Assembly: GCA_041665505.1 (NCBI GenBank)
Contig: JBAYIR010000007.1
Coordinates: forward strand, 1 to 55,716
Direction of reading: 5' to 3'
Source: Patescibacteria group bacterium
GTDB taxonomy: Bacteria; Patescibacteriota; Patescibacteriia; UBA1558; GWA2-36-10
Length of the DNA stretch: 55,716 bases
In this document: piece after piece, positions 45,493-53,260 of the stretch
Layout of the letters: every line of letters starts with the position of its first letter
Position numbering within the stretch: the stretch's first letter is position 1
The notes under the pieces: generated by a model
Database searches by the model: none
Told to the model about the DNA's origin: nothing
The model's input: only the letters and a program-made list of their open reading frames with translations
Position numbers and translations under genes: made by a program

Positions 45493-45738
45493 ATGGACCA
45501 GATGCATTCAGACAGATACCAGCCCAAGAAAGGGCCGGCATTGATTCCGATTGTCAAGAAGGTTCTTCAGCGTATCTACGCTGAAGAGGATTTGGGAGGA
45601 GTCGACCCCATCCGCTCGGCGGAAAACGAATCCCTGATTGCCTTCTACCTGCGGCAGAACTGCCGCTGTCCGGCTGACAGCCAGTGGTGCATGTGCGGTG
45701 GAGGTTTCACTGTGTCTGACGGAAGGCGGAGCCCTTAG
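45493..45738 (+). CDS. island ORF E4: Cys-rich small protein (81 aa)
   Basis: SD AAGGAGG 8 nt upstream. Motifs NCRC and WCMC. Confidence 0.6.
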   Translation: MDQMHSDRYQPKKGPALIPIVKKVLQRIYAEEDLGGVDPIRSAENESLIAFYLRQNCRCPADSQWCMCGGGFTVSDGRRSP

Positions 45739-45759
45739 TCAAGCTTCAAGGAGGAAGAG

Positions 45760-46053
45760 GTGTTTCAGGAGGATGAGAGGCCTAAGAGGCCTCAAGATTT
45801 GCCCAAAGGGTTGTGGCGCTGCCAGTACTGTGAACAGGAGTTTTGTACTCCACTTAGTTGTTTGGAGAGGCTCAGAGCCCTTCACTCAGAAAGAGAGCGA
45901 GAAATGAAGGATCGAGACGAGCAAAAGGTGGCTAGCGACCAAGAACAGCCGCCAACTGAGAAGCCTCAGGCTCCCAGTGTTTGTGCTGAATGTCAGTGCC
46001 CTGACCGTCAGCATGGTCGTGAATGTTCTTACCATATTGCGGTCATCATCTGA
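45760..46053 (+). CDS. island ORF E5: Cys-rich small protein (97 aa, GTG start)
   Basis: SD AAGGAGGA 4-5 nt upstream. Motifs CQYC..FC..SC and CAECQC. Confidence 0.55.
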   Translation: MFQEDERPKRPQDLPKGLWRCQYCEQEFCTPLSCLERLRALHSEREREMKDRDEQKVASDQEQPPTEKPQAPSVCAECQCPDRQHGRECSYHIAVII

Positions 46054-46079
46054 CCAAGAGGTCAGCGACGACCTTAGAA

Positions 46080-46118
46080 GCCCCACCACGTCCGACGTGG
46101 TGGGGCTCTATATTTTTT
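46080..46118 (+). terminator. island E final terminator
   Basis: gccccaccacgt / acgtggtggggc followed by a T-run. It resembles the hairpin at 40405-40435. Confidence 0.7.
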
Positions 46119-46313
46119 AGAAAAATTAATCTTTTTTCATTTCATCTAAGATTTAGTAATATATGAAATTTTGTGTTTTCTTTAGCAATTTGACAAGTTT
46201 TTTTATTTGTGTATAAGTTTTAGCCCATTTTCATTGACTAATCTTCACAAAGTTTGACAAATGTGCTATATTTATTGGAGAAAAATAATAATTAATTAAC
46301 TAACATTAAGTTT

Positions 46314-46595
46314 ATGGCAAAACTAACAAAGTCTCAATTGCTAAACGTCTTGTCAGACAAGACTGGCTTGAGCAAAAAAGATGTGGGAAATTTCTTGGAT
46401 ACATTAGCTACATTAGCTTACAGCCAAGTTAAAGGAAGTGGTGAATTTACCTTGCCAGGTTTAGGTAAATTGGTAAAGAAAAATCGTGCTGCCCGTGAAG
46501 GACGCAACCCAGCCACTGGAGCAACTATCAAGATTCCAGCTAAGACCGTGGTTAAATTCCGTGTAGCTAAAGCTGCTAAAGACGCAGTACTCTAA
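46314..46595 (+). CDS. hup: DNA-binding protein HU
   Basis: Typical HU sequence (GRNPATGATIKIPAKTVVKFR). Confidence 0.93.
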   Translation: MAKLTKSQLLNVLSDKTGLSKKDVGNFLDTLATLAYSQVKGSGEFTLPGLGKLVKKNRAAREGRNPATGATIKIPAKTVVKFRVAKAAKDAVL

Positions 46596-46669
46596 TAAAA
46601 ATTATAAAATTTTTAATAAAAAAGGACTTTCCATAATGGAATAGCCCTTTTTTATATTAAATTATTATT

Positions 46670-48772
46670 TTAGCGATTATAAATAAAAACAGTATTTATT
46701 CCATTATCCACGCTTATTTTATCATTAGAGCTAAGTGTAGCTTGTGTCATAGCCTGTTTAGCACTATGCCAATAATTATTGACTACAAAATATAGTTTAT
46801 CAACACCAACTTTATCCATAGCCACTAGCGCCTGGTCCCGGCTGGCATTGTTTTCTATCATCTCTAGAAAATTTTGATAAATATTATCAGTGCCTAGAGG
46901 CATGGAGTAATAAAAATTATTATTATAATAATGAGCAAAACCATAAGTATCAATAGCGGCTGCTCCGACCATTTGATTGGCTAAAACAATATAATTTTGG
47001 CCACTTCCATCTGCTTCTATTAGCTCTACAGTTTTTATATCAGTACTAGTGACATTAAAACTTTTGCTGTTGCCATGGCGGTCATAGACGGGATAGGAAA
47101 AATAAGTGCCAAAACTAATACAAAGCACAGTTACTATTAGGATAAGAATTTTTTTGGAGTGGTCATTATTTTTTAATGAACCATTAAATAGAAAATAAAG
47201 GGCGGTTAAGAATATTGGCAAGAAAAACAAAGTTATTAAAAAAGAGATTCTATTGATATAATCATTCTTTTGATAATCAATTTGCAAGTTAAAAGACAAA
47301 AATATAGTAGTAATAAGATAATTAGCTATTAGAATGGCTGTAAATATTAATAATCTCTTAAAGAATAAAAGTTTATTTTCTCTGAATATAAAATAAATAC
47401 CAAATAAAATTATTAAAGTATAAAGCCAGAATTTATTTTCTTGTAAATTATAGAGCATGTCCAAAGGAAAACTATAAGTTGACAGCCAAACCAGCTGTGG
47501 TATTTCTAGTAGGGGCCATAGTTTAAAATGAAAAATATCCAGCCAAGAAAGATTATCTAATTTTTGATAGACAGCAAACAAGCTTGGTAAAATAAGTATG
47601 GATAGGGTATAAATGAATATCTTGATTATTTTTGGCCACCAAGCAGTCTTTCCTTGGCGCCAAATAGCCAAAAGCATAGTAAAAAATAATAGTGGCATGC
47701 CGGTCAAAGGATGGATAGTAATAGTCATCAAGCTAATCGCTAAAGGAAAATATAGACTAATTCTCCGGCGGTTTATTTCTGGCAATAAAAAAATAAATAT
47801 AGCAGCTAGTAGATAGCTCAAGCTCTGGGGGGTGGTCATAATAGCAAAGCTAAAACCTATAAATAAACTCCAGAGAGTCGCTAGATAACTATTTTGAAAA
47901 GTCCAGGAAAAACCATATCTTAATCCATAAAATAGCGTGCTAGGCCAGAGTAAGGCAAATAAAAATGGCAATAGTACTTTATTAGCGGTAGCTAAGCTGA
48001 TTTGTAGTAAGTCGTGAGAGAAAAAACTAAGACCATATTGCCCGATATAAAGAAACAAACGAGGTTCTATAGTGCCTGTTTGGTTTATAATTTTTAGAGC
48101 GGCGTTGTGGATAAAAGAATCATAACCATAGCCTAGCGGGTATAAAATAATAGCCATACTAGACAAAAGTAGAAAATGCCAGCTAATTAGTAGTATATTT
48201 TTGTAGGATCTCTTGTCTATCAAGCTAGCAGTTAAACAAATATTACTAATGACGAAAATAGCCCAAAATTTGTAAGATACTAACTCCCAAGGTGATCTAA
48301 TGACCCCTAAACTAGCTTTTTTGAATAAGGCAACAAATAATATAATATCCAAACAGAAAACTGCTAGAGGTAAAAAAGATCTTCTTAATTTGTTTGGTTT
48401 TATTATATCAAGGTTAAAATCATTAAAAAAATAATGTTTGGTATGGAAATAGCGGGATGATATCTCGGTCAGTAAAGGTATGGATATGAGTGTAAAAAGC
48501 CAAACCCAAGAATTTATTTGGTAGATGTGATAAGCTAGGGTGTAGACAATAGAGATATAAGCCAGTATAGTAATCAGGCCAATGATATTTCTTAGACCTT
48601 GGTGTATGTTTTCAGCAAAAATATCTGATATTTTTTTACTATTTAACCACAAATAAAAAAAACCAAAAATAATACCCAGAGCAGAGGACTGCCAAAAGTA
48701 CATATTGGCTAAAATTATCAGAAGTAGAATAAACTGAGAAAAGATGTTCTGTTGTCGACTAAAATTAATCAT
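46670..48772 (-). CDS. large polytopic membrane protein with C-terminal extracytoplasmic domain
   Basis: About 15 or more TM helices followed by a soluble tail of about 150 aa. It may be a glycosyltransferase-like protein, but I see no motif to support that. Confidence 0.45.
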   Translation of the reverse strand: MINFSRQQNIFSQFILLLIILANMYFWQSSALGIIFGFFYLWLNSKKISDIFAENIHQGLRNIIGLITILAYISIVYTLAYHIYQINSWVWLFTLISIPLLTEISSRYFHTKHYFFNDFNLDIIKPNKLRRSFLPLAVFCLDIILFVALFKKASLGVIRSPWELVSYKFWAIFVISNICLTASLIDKRSYKNILLISWHFLLLSSMAIILYPLGYGYDSFIHNAALKIINQTGTIEPRLFLYIGQYGLSFFSHDLLQISLATANKVLLPFLFALLWPSTLFYGLRYGFSWTFQNSYLATLWSLFIGFSFAIMTTPQSLSYLLAAIFIFLLPEINRRRISLYFPLAISLMTITIHPLTGMPLLFFTMLLAIWRQGKTAWWPKIIKIFIYTLSILILPSLFAVYQKLDNLSWLDIFHFKLWPLLEIPQLVWLSTYSFPLDMLYNLQENKFWLYTLIILFGIYFIFRENKLLFFKRLLIFTAILIANYLITTIFLSFNLQIDYQKNDYINRISFLITLFFLPIFLTALYFLFNGSLKNNDHSKKILILIVTVLCISFGTYFSYPVYDRHGNSKSFNVTSTDIKTVELIEADGSGQNYIVLANQMVGAAAIDTYGFAHYYNNNFYYSMPLGTDNIYQNFLEMIENNASRDQALVAMDKVGVDKLYFVVNNYWHSAKQAMTQATLSSNDKISVDNGINTVFIYNR

Positions 48773-48834
48773 AAGACGCCTATATTGTAACAGATACTTT
48801 AGTAAATAGTAAAGTTCTGCTAATATATAAGTAG

Positions 48835-49335
48835 ATGAATAAAAAGATTATTATACAATTTTTTCATTATTTATGGATAGTTATGGGGCTAGCCATTGTT
48901 TTCTTTGTGTCGAGCCAAGCTATCTATACCAAAAGGTCTCTAGAATATAACTTAAATTTTTCAGAGTCCCTGAGTAGAAATATCAGAGGCTGGTATCCAG
49001 AGAAAAGAATTAGTAGTACTCCTATGGTCAAGGCTTTTGCTATGCTAGCGGAGCCAATTTATATGAAGATTTATAGCCCAATTGATTTTAAGCAAATGTC
49101 AGTTAAGGGTAGTATTTATTTTCAGGGGACAGAAGATATAAATTTAGGTCTTAAACAACTTGATGGCTCTTGGGATTTTAAGAAAATTGAGGAACAAGAT
49201 TTTTTTATAAATTTTGACTTAGCTCAGGCGCAAATAAGAAATAATCAACTAGAAATAATTTTATCAATACCAGATATAGCTAGTTCGACTGAGCTCAGCT
49301 TAATTGATAATTGGCAAATAATTTTAAGTAGATGA
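48835..49335 (+). CDS. hypothetical membrane-anchored protein
   Basis: N-terminal TM helix. Confidence 0.4.
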   Translation: MNKKIIIQFFHYLWIVMGLAIVFFVSSQAIYTKRSLEYNLNFSESLSRNIRGWYPEKRISSTPMVKAFAMLAEPIYMKIYSPIDFKQMSVKGSIYFQGTEDINLGLKQLDGSWDFKKIEEQDFFINFDLAQAQIRNNQLEIILSIPDIASSTELSLIDNWQIILSR

Positions 49336-49508
49336 AAACAATTATTATAATTACTAAAGATTTTTTTAAGACAATTCTAATCACTTTCTTAGTTTTGGTA
49401 TTTTTAGAACTAATAAACCCAGGTATGGTGCAGCGTTTTATAAATTTGGAAATTTATTTTTATTTTTTAATTGTTGTCTACATTTTTAATAAAATTATAG
49501 ATAGATAA
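49332..49508 (+). CDS. small 2-TM membrane protein (58 aa, not in ORF track)
   Basis: ATGA overlap with the preceding stop codon. Encodes MKTIIIITKDFFKTILITFLVLVFLELINPG... Confidence 0.35.
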   Translation: MKTIIIITKDFFKTILITFLVLVFLELINPGMVQRFINLEIYFYFLIVVYIFNKIIDR

Positions 49509-49642
49509 ATATTTGGGCTCTACAAGTTATTTGTGGTATAATAAAGCTAGTTAGAAATTCTAGCTTTTTCATGTTAAGGGAGGAAAAATAAAAGTAAAAA
49601 TAAAAATTAATTTCTAAAAGGGTGAAAACAAAAAAACAAACA

Positions 49643-50968
49643 ATGCATGTGGTAACGGTAGATATGGGTTACGGACACCAGCGAGCAGCCTATCCTTTTT
49701 CTGATAGTGCCTATCGAGGAATTATAAATGCTAATCATTACCAAGGTATCAGTAAGAAAGAGCAACAGCAGTGGGATAGTGGCCGTAAGTGGTATGAAAT
49801 TATTTCTCGTTTTAAAAATGTGCCAATTCTTGGTACATCGGCCTTTGCCATCATGAATCATTTTCAAGAGATAGAACCACTTTATCCCAAACGTGATTTA
49901 TCAAAAAATTCACAGCAGCAAAAATATTTTTATAAGCAAGTTAAAAAAGGTTTAGGTAAACATTTGATAGAGGAGTTAAATACACAAATTCCTAGTGGTT
50001 ATAAAAAACCTCTGCCATTTTTGACTACTTTTTTTGTTCCAGCTTATTTCGCGGAGTATTATGGTTATAAAAATGATATTTATTTGGTAGTTTGTGATGC
50101 TGATGTGGCGCGGGCTTGGGCACCTTATGATGCCAAAAATAGCCGTATTATTTATCTAGCGCCAAATAAAAGGGTCAAAGAAAGATTAGAGTTGTATGGC
50201 GTTAGATCAAATAAAATATTTGTAACAGGTTTCCCTTTGCCTAAGGAAAATATTGGTGGCTACAAACAAAGCATTCTTCGCACAGATATAGCTAGCCGGC
50301 TTTACAATCTTGACCCCAAAGGTGTTTATCGTAAAAAGTACGGTAAATTAATAGAAGATTATCTTGGCCCAGTCAAAAATATTAAGAAACCGCAGCATCC
50401 TTTGACTATTACTTTTGCTGTGGGAGGAGCTGGAGCACAGCGAGATATTGGGGTTATATTATTGAATAAATTAGATAAATATTTAAAAACAGGCAAAATT
50501 AGGCTCAATCTTGTGGCTGGTGTGAGAAATGATGTTTATCTTTACTATCAAAAAGTGGTCAGTGCTCGTAATTTGGATAAATGTAAGAATGTTAATTTGG
50601 TCTATGCTGAAGATAAAACTGCTTATTTTAAAACTTTTAATAAATTACTGCGGACGACAGATATACTTTGGACCAAACCATCAGAGCTGACTTTTTATAG
50701 TGGTTTAGGAATCCCAATTATTATGTCTGAAGCAATTGGTTCTCAAGAAAATTATAATCGCGGTTGGCTTCTAGCTATTGGGGCAGGGGTAGATAGTTTA
50801 AATCCCCATTACGTTGACGAATGGTTATTTGATTGGCTTGATTCTGGTTGGTTGGCTGAAGCAGCTATGGAAGGATTTTTAGATGCCCCAAAAATGGGTA
50901 CTTATCATATCGAAAACATAATATTTAAACATCAGACTACAGAAATAGAGGATGTACATTTGTTATAA
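49643..50968 (+). CDS. glycosyltransferase (MGDG-synthase/GT28-like)
   Basis: N-terminal VDMGYGHQRAA and central FAVGGAGAQ motifs. A GTG at 49622 is an alternative start. Confidence 0.5.
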   Translation: MHVVTVDMGYGHQRAAYPFSDSAYRGIINANHYQGISKKEQQQWDSGRKWYEIISRFKNVPILGTSAFAIMNHFQEIEPLYPKRDLSKNSQQQKYFYKQVKKGLGKHLIEELNTQIPSGYKKPLPFLTTFFVPAYFAEYYGYKNDIYLVVCDADVARAWAPYDAKNSRIIYLAPNKRVKERLELYGVRSNKIFVTGFPLPKENIGGYKQSILRTDIASRLYNLDPKGVYRKKYGKLIEDYLGPVKNIKKPQHPLTITFAVGGAGAQRDIGVILLNKLDKYLKTGKIRLNLVAGVRNDVYLYYQKVVSARNLDKCKNVNLVYAEDKTAYFKTFNKLLRTTDILWTKPSELTFYSGLGIPIIMSEAIGSQENYNRGWLLAIGAGVDSLNPHYVDEWLFDWLDSGWLAEAAMEGFLDAPKMGTYHIENIIFKHQTTEIEDVHLL

Positions 50969-52302
50969 TGAAAATTGCCAGCTTAAAAATTAATTGTTAC
51001 AAAAGCATCAAAGAGCCAATGGTCTTAGATTTACAGTCACTAAGTATTTTGATTGGTCAAAATAATAGTGGTAAAACTAATATCTTGGATGCTATTGAGT
51101 TTGCCTTAGGTGGTCGGATTGATGATCAAGATATTTTTTATGAAAAAGCGGATATAGAGATTGATTTGATATTTGATGATCAAGAGCAAGATCGTCATAA
51201 ATTTCCTGAGGCCAGAGCAAAATTTGTGCTCAAAGATAGTAGTAGAAAATTAATTTTTAGTAAGCAAGAGCTGAATTATAATAAGAATCTTTCCATTTTA
51301 ATTTCTTCCCGTATTAAAGTTTTAGACGAAAAAGCTTTTCATGATTATACGCAGATAGAATTAGATTATCATTCTTTATTTAATTATCCTAGTAATTTGG
51401 ATAAGTTTAAAGAGCATCTGAAAAATCATTTTCCCAAGATATCGGCTACTAAAAATGCTTTGGATATTCGTTATGAAAATGATGGTCTTTATGAAGATAA
51501 ACGTCGGGTGACTATCGATCGTTTGGGTTCTGGTTTTCAGCGTATTTTTACAATACTTTTATATATTTTTCATCCTCAATATTCACTAGTAATGATTTCT
51601 GAGCCAGAAACTCATCTGCATCCAGCTATTACACGAAAACTTCTTTGGGCGATGGCCAATTCTAATTTTGGGCAGATTATTTTTACTACCCATTCACCGT
51701 TGTTTGTTACACCAATTAGTTTGGGTAATGTTATTCGTATAGTTAAAGATGATAAAAATTCCACTAAAGCTTTTTCCATTGATAATAAAAAATATAATTA
51801 TCAGAGATTGATTCAAGAATTGGATGCTGATAATTTAGAGATGTTTTTTACCGATGAGGTAATCTTAGTGGAAGGAGTATCAGATAAATTATTGCTGAGA
51901 GGTTTAATAGACAAATTTTATCAAGGACAAAAAGATTTTAAAGTAATTCAGACGCACGGTAAAGGCAATATGAAATTGTATGTAGATTTGCTTAGCATCT
52001 TTCAAATTCCTTATTTGGTGATTTTGGATAAGGATGTCATGAAAACCAGCCATTTAAGGGATTTGATGAGGTATCTACAAATTAATTTACCACCATTACA
52101 TGATCAAGCACTGATTAATGCTTTGAAAGAGTATAATATTTACGTTTTGCCAAATGGCGATTTAGAAAATAATTATCCTCGCCGTTATCAAACAGATGAT
52201 AGTAAATCACTTAATGCCTTGAGAGCGGCCAATTTGATTACTATTGAAGATTATAAGTCAAAATCTATGGATAATTTAAGAGAAATAATAGAAAATATTT
52301 AG
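50968..52302 (+). CDS. OLD-family nuclease (AAA ATPase plus Toprim)
   Basis: Walker A GQNNSGKTN, LGSGFQR, Walker B LVMISEPETHLHP, and Toprim motifs ILVEGVSDK and ILDKDV. Confidence 0.75.
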   Translation: MKIASLKINCYKSIKEPMVLDLQSLSILIGQNNSGKTNILDAIEFALGGRIDDQDIFYEKADIEIDLIFDDQEQDRHKFPEARAKFVLKDSSRKLIFSKQELNYNKNLSILISSRIKVLDEKAFHDYTQIELDYHSLFNYPSNLDKFKEHLKNHFPKISATKNALDIRYENDGLYEDKRRVTIDRLGSGFQRIFTILLYIFHPQYSLVMISEPETHLHPAITRKLLWAMANSNFGQIIFTTHSPLFVTPISLGNVIRIVKDDKNSTKAFSIDNKKYNYQRLIQELDADNLEMFFTDEVILVEGVSDKLLLRGLIDKFYQGQKDFKVIQTHGKGNMKLYVDLLSIFQIPYLVILDKDVMKTSHLRDLMRYLQINLPPLHDQALINALKEYNIYVLPNGDLENNYPRRYQTDDSKSLNALRAANLITIEDYKSKSMDNLREIIENI

Positions 52303-52303
52303 T

Positions 52304-53242
52304 ATGTCTTGGTTATTAATTGCCTTTATAGCTTATCTAATATTGGCCATTGTCAATTTGGCTGATAAATTTATTGTGGAAAAAGTAATTCCAGGGCCAA
52401 AGACTTATACTTTTTTAGTTGGCGCCACTGGTGCTCTAGTGATAGTGGCCGCTCCTTGGTTTTTGGCTTGGCCTGGCTGGGCTTTATTTTTCTTCAATTT
52501 ATTGGTGGGCTCATTTTTTGCTGGCGGTTTGTTTTTTTTATATAGTGCCTTAAAAGGAGGTGAGGCTTCTCGTATTTTTACCTTAATTGGTGGTATGGTA
52601 CCGATTTTTACTATTTTATTTTCAGTGGCAGTATTTAAAGAAATTTTTAGTGCTTATGAGTGGCTGGCTATTTTATTTTTAGTACTAGGCACTATAATCA
52701 CTTCTTCTACATCAGTTCATCATAATATTTGGTTTAATATTAGAAGATTTTTAAAGCTACTGGATGCTAGCCAGTGGCCAGCTATTTTAACGGCTATTTT
52801 TTCCGCTTTATTTTTTGCTTTATTTTGGGTAGGTAGCAAACAAGTTTATAATACCCAAGATTTTGTGAGTGGTTTTATTTGGGTGCGTTTAGGCACATTT
52901 CTGACAGTTTTGTTTTTATTGTTTAGACCATCATCCCGAGAAGAAATTTTGGCTGAAATAAAAGCAGGTAATAAGAAAAAGAATAATAAGTTTATTTATT
53001 TTTCTACGCAAGGCTTGGGTGCTTTGGGTAGTATTTTACAAAACTATGCGGTGGCTTTGGGTTCGGTGGCTTTGGTCACATCTTTACAGGGATTGCAATA
53101 CGTTTTGCTTTTGGTATTTAGTATGGCTATGACATTTTTTTATCCAAAAATTATTAAAGAAGATTATTCTAGAAAAAAATTAATAAAAAAAATAATAGCT
53201 ATAATTTTTGTGGCTTTAGGTTTATATTTTTTAGCAATTTAA
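52304..53242 (+). CDS. DMT/EamA-like membrane protein
   Basis: About 10 TM helices. The start lies 1 nt after the OLD gene stop. Confidence 0.5.
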   Translation: MSWLLIAFIAYLILAIVNLADKFIVEKVIPGPKTYTFLVGATGALVIVAAPWFLAWPGWALFFFNLLVGSFFAGGLFFLYSALKGGEASRIFTLIGGMVPIFTILFSVAVFKEIFSAYEWLAILFLVLGTIITSSTSVHHNIWFNIRRFLKLLDASQWPAILTAIFSALFFALFWVGSKQVYNTQDFVSGFIWVRLGTFLTVLFLLFRPSSREEILAEIKAGNKKKNNKFIYFSTQGLGALGSILQNYAVALGSVALVTSLQGLQYVLLLVFSMAMTFFYPKIIKEDYSRKKLIKKIIAIIFVALGLYFLAI

Positions 53243-53260
53243 TCTTATATTTAACTTGAG

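Noticed and set aside
44486-45907. Minus-strand ORF 44486-44989, ORFs 44502-44771 and 44986-45201, and ORF 45638-45907
   Set aside because: They cross AT-rich promoter and leader regions or terminators, or they overlap better-supported SD-preceded ORFs in another frame.
13217-46118. GC-rich islands as large structured non-coding RNAs (GC-rich intergenic regions in an AT-rich genome)
   Set aside because: Every island resolves into ORFs with SD sites at correct spacing, strong third-position GC bias, and signal-peptide or lipobox features. The leaders may still be structured RNA.
13217-46118. GC-rich islands as metagenome assembly chimeras, or as classic mobile elements (IS, prophage, ICE)
   Set aside because: There are five separate short inserts, each joined to host-like promoters and terminators in functional order. 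That is hard to get from mis-assembly. No integrase, transposase, reverse transcriptase or terminal repeats are present. Chimerism cannot be formally excluded without reads.
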